Assembly: GCA_046096605.1 (NCBI GenBank)
Contig: JBJTKU010000086.1
Location: forward strand, 1-40,462
Origin: Candidatus Planktophila sp.
GTDB taxonomy: Bacteria > Actinomycetota > Actinomycetes > Nanopelagicales > Nanopelagicaceae
Length of the DNA: 40,462 nucleotides
Direction: 5' to 3'
Part shown: positions 10,992 through 20,759 of the stretch, in pieces
How positions within the stretch are numbered: position 1 is the stretch's first letter
Layout: every line of letters begins with the position of its first letter
The notes under the pieces: generated by a model
What the model was told of the DNA's origin: nothing
Database searches by the model: none
The model's input: the letters and a program-made list of their open reading frames with translations, nothing else
Translations under genes and position numbers: made by a program

Positions 10992-12530
10992 GTGAGCAGT
11001 ATTTTTCGAGGCCGATTTGCCCAAGCCCTCAAAATCATTCTCTTAGCAGGTGTCACGGCAATACTGAGTTTGTTAGCTCAGAGCGCAGTCGCCTCAGGTC
11101 AACTCGCGATTGGAATATTTTTTGTTATTGCAATCGTGATCCTCAATTTTACTTATTTCACAAAAATATCAATTCCACTTAAATTTTTTGCTCCAGGAAT
11201 TCTATTTTTCATCGCTTTCGTAGTAGCGCCAATTCTCTTTACAGTTCTAATGTCCACCTACAATTATCAAACCGGAAACTACATTTCAAAAGATGCTGCG
11301 ATTGAACAGGTGCTGATTCGCGGAGTTGAACCCGATGCCAATCAAACCACCTTTGATCTAGTATCAGGAAAAGATGCAAACGGAAGTGACGCTATTTTAG
11401 TTTCTGATATTGCTAATGGAAAATTTTTTCTCTCCACTCAAAATCAGATTGAATATTTGAATTCAGGCCAAGTGACTATTAATGAATATGGGGTTGCAAC
11501 AAGTGCTCCAGGATTCACAGCACTCCCTGCTGATGAGTTAGCGACAAATGATGAGTATTCAAAGATTAGATACAAGTATGTAGATGATTACTACATAGTT
11601 ATCGAGGCTCAAGGAGTGGGTGCAGTCTTTAGGCAAGCTTTGGCCTATGATGCAAAAACTGACACAATGAAGAATCTTCAAACTGGAGAAACTTATATTG
11701 ATAACAACAGAGGTAACTTTGCTCTAGAGGGGTCTCCGGACGAAATATTGACACCTGGCTGGCGCGCCCCTGTCTGGTTTGAAAACTATGCGAAATTAGT
11801 TACCGATGAGCGAGTCCGAACTCCACTGATTAAAGTTTTTATCTGGACAGTTATCTTTGCTTCTTTAACAGTTTTGAGCACTTTCGCTTTTGGTCTCTTG
11901 TTGGCTTTAGCTCTCAATCGAAAAATGAGGGGACGACGCATTTACCGATCTGTTTTGATCTTGCCATATGCAATGCCGAGCATCATGAGTATTCTAATTT
12001 GGGCAGGAATGTTCGACACTGAATTTGGCGCAATCAACAATATTTTACAAACCGATATTGCATGGTTTTCTAGCGCTAACTTCGCACGAGCAGCGGTTTT
12101 GCTTGTAAATCTTTGGTTAGGTTTCCCCTACTTCTATTTAATTTGCTCTGGTTCTTTGCAAGCGATTCCATCCGAACTCCAAGAGGCGGCAGCGATCGAC
12201 GGCGCGAATCCACGACAAATTTTTAGAAGCATTACCCTCCCATTACTTTTGCAGATTCTGTCACCACTCCTAATCGCATCGTTTGCATTTAACTTTAATA
12301 ATTTTAATTTAATTTATTTGTTAACCGGTGGTGGTCCAAGAAATACCCTGGATGGTGAAATTGCAGGCGCTACGGATATTTTGATCAGCTACACCTATCA
12401 AATTGCATTTGGTACAAATATCTTAGATTTTGGACTTGCTAGTGCTATTTCAGTCTTGATCTTTTTACTTGTTGCGTCAATATCCTTCTATGGCTTACGT
12501 AAATCGAAAGTAATGGAGACCTTCGAATGA
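10992..12530 (+). CDS. malF: Maltose ABC permease MalF with a large extracytoplasmic loop
   Basis: EAAAIDGA (EAA motif), FNFNNFNLIYLLTGGGP, TDILISYTY; a hydrophilic loop of roughly 190 aa follows TM3. Confidence 0.9.
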   Translation: MSSIFRGRFAQALKIILLAGVTAILSLLAQSAVASGQLAIGIFFVIAIVILNFTYFTKISIPLKFFAPGILFFIAFVVAPILFTVLMSTYNYQTGNYISKDAAIEQVLIRGVEPDANQTTFDLVSGKDANGSDAILVSDIANGKFFLSTQNQIEYLNSGQVTINEYGVATSAPGFTALPADELATNDEYSKIRYKYVDDYYIVIEAQGVGAVFRQALAYDAKTDTMKNLQTGETYIDNNRGNFALEGSPDEILTPGWRAPVWFENYAKLVTDERVRTPLIKVFIWTVIFASLTVLSTFAFGLLLALALNRKMRGRRIYRSVLILPYAMPSIMSILIWAGMFDTEFGAINNILQTDIAWFSSANFARAAVLLVNLWLGFPYFYLICSGSLQAIPSELQEAAAIDGANPRQIFRSITLPLLLQILSPLLIASFAFNFNNFNLIYLLTGGGPRNTLDGEIAGATDILISYTYQIAFGTNILDFGLASAISVLIFLLVASISFYGLRKSKVMETFE

Positions 12531-13378
12531 CAAAATGGATGAGAGAGAATCTTTGGCGTCACGCATTTGCAATTTTTATGTGTGTTTTTGCCCTATTCCC
12601 ATTATATCTTGTTGTGCTTTCCTCCTTCAATCCTAGTGGTAGCCTCAACCTAACTTCATTTGTACCGCGAGAAATATCGTTTGAGAATTACAAAATGCTC
12701 TTCTCTTCACCGAAAATTCCATTTTTGTCATGGGTGAAGAACTCATTAATAATCTCTTCAGTAGTTGCGATTAGCTCAGTGGTAATCGGTGCTGCATCAG
12801 CCTTCGCTTTTAGCCGTTTGAAATTCAAGGGTAAAAAATTCGGTATTCAAATTTTGCTTCTAGCCCAAATGTTTCCTGCTATTTTGGCACTCTCAGCAGT
12901 GTATGTAATCATGGAGCGTGTTTACTCATTCGCGCCAGGTATTGGTCTTGGTACCCAAACTGGTTTGATCCTTGTCTATTTGGGTGGATCAATGGGCGTT
13001 AATATTTGGTTACTAAAAGGTTTTGTCGATTCAATCCCTGCTGAATTAGACGAAGCGGCAAAGATCGATGGTGCGAGCCCTGTTCAAACTTATTGGCTGA
13101 TTTTTATTCCGTTGGCTGCCCCGGTACTGGCCGTTGTTTGCCTCTTAAGTTTTATTGGTACTTTCAATGAATTTATTGTCGCACGGTTATTCCTGGTTGA
13201 AATGAGTGGAAGAACAGTTGCAGTCGGTTTGCAGCAGTTTATCGGTGGTCAGTATGCAAGTAACTGGGGTGCTTTTGCCGCAGGATCAATTCTTGCATCA
13301 ATACCAATCGTCATAATCTTCCTGAGTCTTCAGAAGTACATTGTTAATGGATTAACCGCAGGATCAGTTAAGGGTTAA
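12527..13378 (+). CDS. malG: Maltose ABC permease MalG
   Basis: EAAKIDGA motif, WGAFAAGS, GLTAGSVKG C-terminus; ATGA overlap with malF. Confidence 0.92.
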   Translation: MTKWMRENLWRHAFAIFMCVFALFPLYLVVLSSFNPSGSLNLTSFVPREISFENYKMLFSSPKIPFLSWVKNSLIISSVVAISSVVIGAASAFAFSRLKFKGKKFGIQILLLAQMFPAILALSAVYVIMERVYSFAPGIGLGTQTGLILVYLGGSMGVNIWLLKGFVDSIPAELDEAAKIDGASPVQTYWLIFIPLAAPVLAVVCLLSFIGTFNEFIVARLFLVEMSGRTVAVGLQQFIGGQYASNWGAFAAGSILASIPIVIIFLSLQKYIVNGLTAGSVKG

Positions 13379-15342
13379 TGTTTAAAAAGTTAATTGCAAG
13401 TCTTGCACTCTGTGCACTTGTAATTCCATATACAGCTATAGCTCAAGAGGTAAGCCAACCTAATGTTGGCCTTTCGAAAGATGTTATCTACTTTGTCTTT
13501 CCTGATCGTTATCGCAATGGGGATACAAGTAACGATTTAGCTGGAGGCATAACTTCAGATCCAACTTATGGGTATGACCCAACAAGCACAGCGCACTTTC
13601 ATGGAGGCGATCTCAAAGGGTTGACTGGAAGCTGCCAACCAGGTGATGACGGACTTGCTCGCATCAAATCGTTAGGTTTTACAGCGGTGTGGATGACTCC
13701 ACTTGTTACTCAAGTTGATGCAACTTCTGGCGGAGCTGGTTATCATGGTTACTGGGGCAAAGATTTTCTCAATGTCGATCCTCACTTGGGAACAAATGAA
13801 GATCTGTTGGCCTTGTCTGCTTGTGCCAAGAAACTCGGGCTCAAGCTCATTCTCGATATCGTCACAAATCACACAGGCGATGTTGTTCAATACGCTGATA
13901 AAAGAGCCTACATACCAGAGGATCTAAAGAGTGCAAAGAATCCTGCTTGGCTCAATAAACTTGAGAATTACCATAATTCAGGAAGCATCTCGAATTGTTG
14001 GGGCGTAGGTCGCTGCGAACAAATCGGTGATTTCTATAGCTTGGATGATTTAGCCACCGAGAAGGAAGAAGTGTATAAAGGTTGGATCGATGTCTACGGT
14101 GCATGGATCAAAAAATACGGTTTTACAGGATTTCGTGTGGACACTGCTCGACACGTCGATGATAACTTCTTCAAGAATTGGTCGCCAGGAATCCAAGAGG
14201 CGGCCAAAAGTGTAGGAATTAATGACTTCACGATCTATGGTGAAGTTTGGGATGTGAACCCAATGAACTTAGTTTCGTACGTCCGCGAAAAGAAAATCCA
14301 AACGGTTTTGGATTTTGCTTTCCAACGTACCGCAACACAATTTGCTTCGGGTTATTCCGATGCAGCAGTTTTAGCAAATCTTTTTGATGTCGATGATCAG
14401 TACACAACTGCCCAGTCATCTGCTTCAAATTTGGTCACCTTCTTAGGAAACCACGATATGGGTCGAGTAGGTTTTATCATCCCGCAGACTCAAATAAATG
14501 CGAAGTCAGATTTACTCGAGCGCACCAAGTTGGCACATGCATTGATGTACTTCTCACGCGGAATCCCAACTGTTTATTATGGCGATGAAGTTGGAATGAC
14601 AGGTAGTGGTAACGGTGGGGATCAAAGGGCGAGACAGGATATGTTTGAAACCAAGATCACTGCGTGGAAGAGCGAAGCCCGAATCGGCGGCCAACCAGTA
14701 GGGGATGGAAATTCATTTACTAATAGTGCAAGCCACCCTCTTGCCATCTATCTCACCCAATTAGCTCAGATACGCGCTGCGCATCCAGCGCTAGCTAACG
14801 GGCAGATGCAACTTCGATCTGCAAAAGGGAGCACTCTCGTTCTCTCCAAGTACGATCCCGTTGAAAAAATTGAGTACTTGGTCGCCTTTAATAACAGCAA
14901 ACGTCCATCTACTGCCTCGTTTTCGACCTCGTCTAATGGACAGTGGAAGAATATTTTCGGCAGTGCCCAACTCACGACAAAAGGGGCTACCGCATCACTT
15001 GAGATTCCAGCTTTCGGCGCTGCGGTCTTTGCTGCAACAACTGCGATGCCGGCGGCAAAGATTACTCCGGGAGTTTTGAAGACTCGCATGGATTTTCTGA
15101 CAGGAATGCTTGAACTCTCTGCACCGATGAAGAGCACTGGCCTTAACCGCGTCGAATTTTCAGTCAAGGCAGCAGGATCTGCGAAATGGGTCAACGTAGG
15201 AACCGATTTTAACGCTCCATATCGCATCTACCTATCACCTACCGATTACAAATATGGAAGCAAAATTTCAGTCAGAGCAACAGCCATGAATATCAAGGGA
15301 GATCGCGTTGCCTTCAAGCAAATCGAAGCAGTCAATAAGTAA
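13378..15342 (+). CDS. Secreted alpha-amylase (GH13)
   Basis: Signal peptide; GGDLKG, YHGYW; catalytic GFRVDTARH (Asp), GEVWD (Glu), FLGNHD (Asp). Confidence 0.92.
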   Translation: MFKKLIASLALCALVIPYTAIAQEVSQPNVGLSKDVIYFVFPDRYRNGDTSNDLAGGITSDPTYGYDPTSTAHFHGGDLKGLTGSCQPGDDGLARIKSLGFTAVWMTPLVTQVDATSGGAGYHGYWGKDFLNVDPHLGTNEDLLALSACAKKLGLKLILDIVTNHTGDVVQYADKRAYIPEDLKSAKNPAWLNKLENYHNSGSISNCWGVGRCEQIGDFYSLDDLATEKEEVYKGWIDVYGAWIKKYGFTGFRVDTARHVDDNFFKNWSPGIQEAAKSVGINDFTIYGEVWDVNPMNLVSYVREKKIQTVLDFAFQRTATQFASGYSDAAVLANLFDVDDQYTTAQSSASNLVTFLGNHDMGRVGFIIPQTQINAKSDLLERTKLAHALMYFSRGIPTVYYGDEVGMTGSGNGGDQRARQDMFETKITAWKSEARIGGQPVGDGNSFTNSASHPLAIYLTQLAQIRAAHPALANGQMQLRSAKGSTLVLSKYDPVEKIEYLVAFNNSKRPSTASFSTSSNGQWKNIFGSAQLTTKGATASLEIPAFGAAVFAATTAMPAAKITPGVLKTRMDFLTGMLELSAPMKSTGLNRVEFSVKAAGSAKWVNVGTDFNAPYRIYLSPTDYKYGSKISVRATAMNIKGDRVAFKQIEAVNK

Positions 15343-17152
15343 TTCTCTGGTTGAACTTCCACATCATGATGGAAGTGAGATCTATGTCAGCAACAGCGCA
15401 CCTACACTTGGAGAGAAGATAACTCTTCGAGTTCGAATTCCACGAGCGTACACATTTGCAAAGGCTTTTGTTCGTATCTATGAAGATGGTGAGCCTCGAT
15501 CATATGAGCTCAAGCTGGACAAGAAAAATTCTGTCGAATCATGGTGGAGAGTCAAAGTAGAGATTGTAAATGTTAAGACAGCTTACCGTTTTGTATTTAT
15601 CTCGGAAGAAAAATATGATTGGCTCAACGCTCGAGGCTTAAGTGATCACGATGTGCATAGCAATGATGACTTCAAAATAGTTGCCCTACCCGAATATCCG
15701 CGCTGGATTCGATCATCTGTCTTCTATCAAATCTTCCCCGACCGTTTTGCCAAATCAGATCTAGTAAGAGAAATTCCAGATTGGGCAGTTCCCCGTGAGT
15801 GGGATCAGGCCCCTCGCGGACGAGATAAAACAACAGGTGTAGAGCTCTTTGGCGGTGATTTAAAGGGTGTTGAAGAACATCTCGATCATCTCAATGCTCT
15901 CGGAATCAATGGAATCTATTTCACCCCATTCTTCCCAGCTCGATCTAATCACCGTTATGACGCATCTAGTTTTGACCATGTGGATCCACTCTTGGGTGGT
16001 AATGACGCTCTCTTCTCCCTTGTAAAGCGTGCCCGCAAGTCCAAGATCGCAATCATGGGTGATCTCACATCTAATCACTGCGGTGCAGGACACCCATGGC
16101 TTGCAAAGGCTAAGAGAGATAAGAATTCAAAGGAACGTGGATATTTCTACTGGGATAAATCAGTTAAACATGGGTATGTAGGTTGGTGGGGCCATGCATC
16201 TCTGCCGAAGCTCAACTTTAATTCGAAAGCCCTTCGTAAAGAGATGTACGAAGGTAAGAAATCCATTGTCCGAAAGTGGCTCTCTCCACAATTTGGTATG
16301 GCCGGATGGCGAATCGATGTAGGAAATATGACTGGGCGTCTTGGAAACGATGATCTTCATGATGAAGTAATGCACGGTATTCGCAAGGCGATGGATGAGA
16401 CAAATCCGAAAGCTTGGCTGGTTGCAGAAAATGGAGACTTCTTTGCATCGGATTTAGATGGTTTTGGTTGGCACGGTGCCATGAATTATCAAGGTTTTAT
16501 GCGACCTCTGTGGAACTGGATCAACCAGAATTCAACAATTGGCGGTGGATTCCAGGGACTTCCATTTGCCATGCCGAGAATTACAGGATCTCAAATGGTT
16601 GAAAGCATGAAGTCTTTCACCGCATCAATTCCATGGCGTTCACTAGTCTCAAGTATGGTTTTACTTGATTCACATGACACAGCGCGTATGCGCACTGTTG
16701 TTGCAGGCGATAGTGATCGTCATTTAAGTGCGATGGCTCTTCTCATGACATATCCAGGTGTGCCTTCCATTTATGCAGGCGATGAAATCGGTCTAGAAGG
16801 CGCATGGGGAGAAGATGGTCGCAGGCCGATGCCATGGGGCAAGAAAGAGGCGTGGGATAACGCTTTCTTCACTCAAGTTAGCCAGCTGGTTCGGATGCGC
16901 AAGTCCAGTGATGCTCTGGCAAATGGCGGTTTACGTTGGGTTGAAGTCGATGATGATTACATTCTCTTCTTACGCGAATCAAAGCGCCAAAAAGTTTTGG
17001 TCTTTATCTCTCGAACGGGTGTCAATAAGAGTATCGACCTTGCACCTCTTGGATTAAGCGTTGGCAGCACACTATTTGGTAGCCAAGCTGCAGGAAGAAA
17101 TATTACAATCTCATCCAAGACAGCAACGCAAGGAATCTGGATCGTTAAATAG
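15308..17152 (+). CDS. Cytoplasmic GH13 maltodextrin glucosidase/neopullulanase-like enzyme
   Basis: PHHDGS N-terminus, FYQIFPDRF, SNHRYD, GWRIDVG, AENGD, LLDSHD. An AAGGGAG SD lies 6 nt before TTG 15308. Confidence 0.9.
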   Translation: MPSSKSKQSISNSLVELPHHDGSEIYVSNSAPTLGEKITLRVRIPRAYTFAKAFVRIYEDGEPRSYELKLDKKNSVESWWRVKVEIVNVKTAYRFVFISEEKYDWLNARGLSDHDVHSNDDFKIVALPEYPRWIRSSVFYQIFPDRFAKSDLVREIPDWAVPREWDQAPRGRDKTTGVELFGGDLKGVEEHLDHLNALGINGIYFTPFFPARSNHRYDASSFDHVDPLLGGNDALFSLVKRARKSKIAIMGDLTSNHCGAGHPWLAKAKRDKNSKERGYFYWDKSVKHGYVGWWGHASLPKLNFNSKALRKEMYEGKKSIVRKWLSPQFGMAGWRIDVGNMTGRLGNDDLHDEVMHGIRKAMDETNPKAWLVAENGDFFASDLDGFGWHGAMNYQGFMRPLWNWINQNSTIGGGFQGLPFAMPRITGSQMVESMKSFTASIPWRSLVSSMVLLDSHDTARMRTVVAGDSDRHLSAMALLMTYPGVPSIYAGDEIGLEGAWGEDGRRPMPWGKKEAWDNAFFTQVSQLVRMRKSSDALANGGLRWVEVDDDYILFLRESKRQKVLVFISRTGVNKSIDLAPLGLSVGSTLFGSQAAGRNITISSKTATQGIWIVK

Positions 17153-17978
17153 TTAGATTTTTTAACCAGAACGAGATCGGTTCATCGATATACGAAGCCC
17201 ATGATTTTTCGTTATGGCCAGTTCGTACATGGACTTTTGTAAGAAAATCATTTCCCTCACGATAACCTTTACTGAGCATCAACTGATCTGCCCGCCTTTG
17301 ATGCGGCCCGTACTGAGCATCATGGCCTTTAGTCCCATGGCTCATATAAATTTTATGCTTACCTGGATCTGGAAGATTTCCAATAAGTGCATCAACAAGC
17401 GGATCTCCTCCTAAAATCCAATGCGGAGAGAGCGCAAGAGCCGTATGAAATGTATCTCGATATTGATCTGCAGCATAAAGTGTTGAAAGGCCACCCATAC
17501 TCGAACCGATCATCGCAGTCTTCTCAGATGTTCTCTCAATCTCTAGGAGATCTGTAATCGCAGGAACAATCGTTGAGAAAATCTCTTCGAGATAGCGATC
17601 TCCATAGAGTTCATCAACGGTGACTGGAATGACATCGCTGATAATAACTTTTACGCCACCTCGAAGTACTTTTTCCGGAGCGAGCTCCTTTACTCGCGCC
17701 CAAGGGTTAGCCTTGTTGTTTCCATTCCAGATCGCGATGACAGCAGGAGTGGCTATTCCTAGATGAGCGCTGATGCGATTAACAGACTGGCCAATTTCCC
17801 ACGTTTTTCTGCGGTGGGTGCTGGTCTTTCCATCAAATACATTTTGACCATCATGGGCTATCAGAAGCGTATCTGTTGGGCTTTGTGGAGCCCAATAATC
17901 AATAATTCGCTCGCCAATGCCGATTCGGATGACCTCTCCAGGTAATCCTCTGACTTGGAACTGCTTAATCGTCTTCAT
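17145..17978 (-). CDS. Alpha/beta hydrolase (esterase, IroE/Fes-like family)
   Basis: HDGQNVFD, GSSMGG nucleophile elbow, GHNEKSW catalytic His; likely start MKTIK at 17978. Confidence 0.85.
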   Translation of the reverse strand: MKTIKQFQVRGLPGEVIRIGIGERIIDYWAPQSPTDTLLIAHDGQNVFDGKTSTHRRKTWEIGQSVNRISAHLGIATPAVIAIWNGNNKANPWARVKELAPEKVLRGGVKVIISDVIPVTVDELYGDRYLEEIFSTIVPAITDLLEIERTSEKTAMIGSSMGGLSTLYAADQYRDTFHTALALSPHWILGGDPLVDALIGNLPDPGKHKIYMSHGTKGHDAQYGPHQRRADQLMLSKGYREGNDFLTKVHVRTGHNEKSWASYIDEPISFWLKNLTI

Positions 17979-17995
17979 AGTGCTTAAATCATGCC

Positions 17996-19369
17996 ATGAC
18001 AACGCCCAAGCGCAGCATTATCTGGTTCCGCCGCGATCTGCGCATCGGCGATCACCCAGCGCTTAATGCTGCTATTGAAAGCAGCGATGAAGTTATCCCA
18101 TTATTCATTTTAGATAGATCCCAGATCGAAGAAGCCGGCGCAAAGTTACTGGCTTATATGGGGCAATCACTTCGCGCACTAGATCAATCACTCGGCGGCC
18201 GGTTGCACATTATTGAAGGTGATCAGGTAGAAGTACTTAACGAATTGATGCAAATGTATGGCGCTACCGAAGTTCACATTTCTGATGAATATGAACGATA
18301 TGGTGCAGCGCGTGATGCACGTGTTGAGGCTGCTGGTATCAAACTTATTCGCACTGGAAGTCCCTATGCGGTTGCCCCAGGCCGCGTGCGCAAACCAACA
18401 GATAGCACTCCGTACCGCGTCTACACACCGTTTTATCGCGCATGGTGTGCACATGGTTGGCGAGCTCCAGCAAAGACTCCGAAAGAGATAAAAGCGCCAA
18501 TTCCTCCTGATAAATACCGTGCATTTCCAGATTTTCCAATGCCTGAAGGAGTTGAAGTGATTGCTGCAGGAGAAGTTGCAGCCCTTGCCCGCTTTAAAGA
18601 ATTTTCAAAGAAGGCTCTGAATAGTTATGACGAAGCACGAAACTTTGCAGGAATTGATGGCACTTCAAAGATGAGCACCTATCTCAAGTTTGGCGAAATT
18701 CATCCCCGTACTTTGCTTGCCAATCTTGGCGATAGCAAAGCTCATGACACTTTCCGCAAAGAGATTGCCTGGCGAGAGTTTTACGCAGACGTTCTCTACA
18801 ACAATCCGCACACCGACACTGATTACTACGCACCACAGTTCAAGGCGATGCGTTATGACAAGCCGGGTAAGCAATTTCAGGCTTGGTGTGAGGGTAAGAC
18901 CGGGTACCCCTTTGTGGATGCGGCTATGCGTCAGTTGGTCCACGAAGGCTGGATGCATAACCGGACGCGAATGGTTGTTGCTTCTTTTCTGGTGAAAGAT
19001 CTGCATCTTGAATGGCAATTAGGCGAGAGATTCTTTGCAGAGCATCTTGTTGATTACGACGTTGCATCAAATGCCCATGGATGGCAGTGGACGGCAGGTA
19101 CTGGTACCGATGCGTCACCGTATTACCGTGTCTTTAATCCTGTCGAACAGGGTAAGAGATTTGATGAGAACGGTGATTACATTCGAAAGTATGTACCAGA
19201 ATTGGCACACTTATCCGCGGCAGAGATTCATGAACCTTGGCTCTATCTAGATGGATACTCAAAGGGATATAGAGAAAGAATTGTTGATCACGCAATTGAA
19301 AGACTTGAGTCACTTGCACGTTTGCAGGAGATCAAGGCAGATAAGCCTGAAAGACCTTCTAAAGGCTAG
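17996..19369 (+). CDS. phr: Deoxyribodipyrimidine photolyase
   Basis: WFRRDLR, TSKMSTYLKFG, WREFY, TGYPFVDAAMRQL..EGWMHNR.RM, WQWTAGTGTDASPYYRVFNP. Confidence 0.95.
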   Translation: MTTPKRSIIWFRRDLRIGDHPALNAAIESSDEVIPLFILDRSQIEEAGAKLLAYMGQSLRALDQSLGGRLHIIEGDQVEVLNELMQMYGATEVHISDEYERYGAARDARVEAAGIKLIRTGSPYAVAPGRVRKPTDSTPYRVYTPFYRAWCAHGWRAPAKTPKEIKAPIPPDKYRAFPDFPMPEGVEVIAAGEVAALARFKEFSKKALNSYDEARNFAGIDGTSKMSTYLKFGEIHPRTLLANLGDSKAHDTFRKEIAWREFYADVLYNNPHTDTDYYAPQFKAMRYDKPGKQFQAWCEGKTGYPFVDAAMRQLVHEGWMHNRTRMVVASFLVKDLHLEWQLGERFFAEHLVDYDVASNAHGWQWTAGTGTDASPYYRVFNPVEQGKRFDENGDYIRKYVPELAHLSAAEIHEPWLYLDGYSKGYRERIVDHAIERLESLARLQEIKADKPERPSKG

Positions 19370-20708
19370 TTGATTTCTTCGCTCGATACATAGCAGCATC
19401 TGCTTTTGCTAGTAAATCTCCACCTTCACTATTGTTGACGTGGCCGATACTTACTCCGACTGAAAGATTCACGCCATCGATCAAAAACGGGTAACTCACA
19501 CATGCATGAAGCGCTTGAGCGATTTCGTGAATCGATGCCGTACTTCCAGGCACTAAAACACCGAATTCATCTCCACCAAGTCGAGCCAAGAGTGAACCTT
19601 CGGGCAACACACGTGCAAAACGCGCTGCCACTTGAATCAAAACTTGATCCCCTGCACTGTGGCCATATTGATCATTGACCTGCTTAAAGCCATTGAGATC
19701 AAGCAACATCAGGGCTCCTTCTGTTCGCGTGAAAAGAGGAAGTTCGGCGATTAGTCTCCTGCGATTAGGTAGCCGGGTAAGCTCATCAGTGCGGGCGAGA
19801 GATTTTTCTGTGGAAAGGGCTCCAGCTTGGCGTAGGCTGATAGTCATACGAATAAATGCGAGAAAGAGCGTTGCTATCGTTGGAAAGACTATGTAGGAGG
19901 GAAATATCCCTGGTCGAAGTGCCATTATCGCCAAAATGGCTGGACTGATAAAGATTGATAGTGCGATAAAGGCTGGGTGAATTGATTTGACCTCTTTGGA
20001 CTCAACAGGATGAAACCAGAGAGTTGTCGAGATCAGAGCGATTCCAAGAAGCCAGCCGTTATCAAAGATGGTTCCAAAGTTATATTGCGCTTGAAAACTC
20101 TGCCAAAGATAGAGGTAGTCAAAGAGCAGATAGACTCCAAAGCCACACAAGAGCAAGAGAAATCTAAGATTAATTGTTTGAGTAATTGAAGCAATTGCTA
20201 ACGAGATTAATAAAGCTAAATCACATATTGGATAGAAGATATCGAAGAAACCCTGATTACTCACTGTTGAAATTACTCGTGAAAAAATCAAGGCGGTTGC
20301 AATAGAACTTAAACCTAATCCAAATATCGTAGCATCCAGAATTTCTACGAAAGTTACCCCTTTGCGCTTATTGAGTATCCGTGGAATGGCCAGTAATGCA
20401 AATGGATAGAAGAGCATGTACGAAATGTTGATGAGGTAATCGAGAGAAAAGTTCACATATAAAAATGGGCCAAGGCTGGAAAGCAGAGAACCGAAGCACC
20501 ACGATCCGATTGCGCAAGCCAATAATGCGATGGCCAAAGAATCGTTATGCGAAGGTGAGAGAAAGAGCGCGATCAGCGCCGCAAGGGCAATCAGGTTGTA
20601 GAGCACCAGATCGAGCCAGATATTAGGCCCATCTATGAGAACACGCAGTCCTGAGTGCAGTGCAAGGATTGCTAGTGCAAGCCACCTCATCATCGGGTAA
20701 GTTCGCAC
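19359..20708 (-). CDS. Membrane-bound diguanylate cyclase (multi-TM + GGDEF)
   Basis: About 9 TM segments, then TDELTRLPNRR, DLNGFKQVNDQYGH..GD, ARLGGDEF, AD.AMYRAK. Confidence 0.92.
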   Translation of the reverse strand: MRTYPMMRWLALAILALHSGLRVLIDGPNIWLDLVLYNLIALAALIALFLSPSHNDSLAIALLACAIGSWCFGSLLSSLGPFLYVNFSLDYLINISYMLFYPFALLAIPRILNKRKGVTFVEILDATIFGLGLSSIATALIFSRVISTVSNQGFFDIFYPICDLALLISLAIASITQTINLRFLLLLCGFGVYLLFDYLYLWQSFQAQYNFGTIFDNGWLLGIALISTTLWFHPVESKEVKSIHPAFIALSIFISPAILAIMALRPGIFPSYIVFPTIATLFLAFIRMTISLRQAGALSTEKSLARTDELTRLPNRRRLIAELPLFTRTEGALMLLDLNGFKQVNDQYGHSAGDQVLIQVAARFARVLPEGSLLARLGGDEFGVLVPGSTASIHEIAQALHACVSYPFLIDGVNLSVGVSIGHVNNSEGGDLLAKADAAMYRAKKSTSL

Positions 20709-20759
20709 CTACAGAATTCTGATATCGGCAAGCTTAAGGATGAATAGGGGAAGCCTCAG

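Noticed and set aside
15308-15349. Possible lost start codon (ATA in place of ATG) for the second GH13 gene
   Set aside because: An in-frame TTG at 15308 has a good AAGGGAG SD 6 nt upstream, so no defect needs to be invoked.
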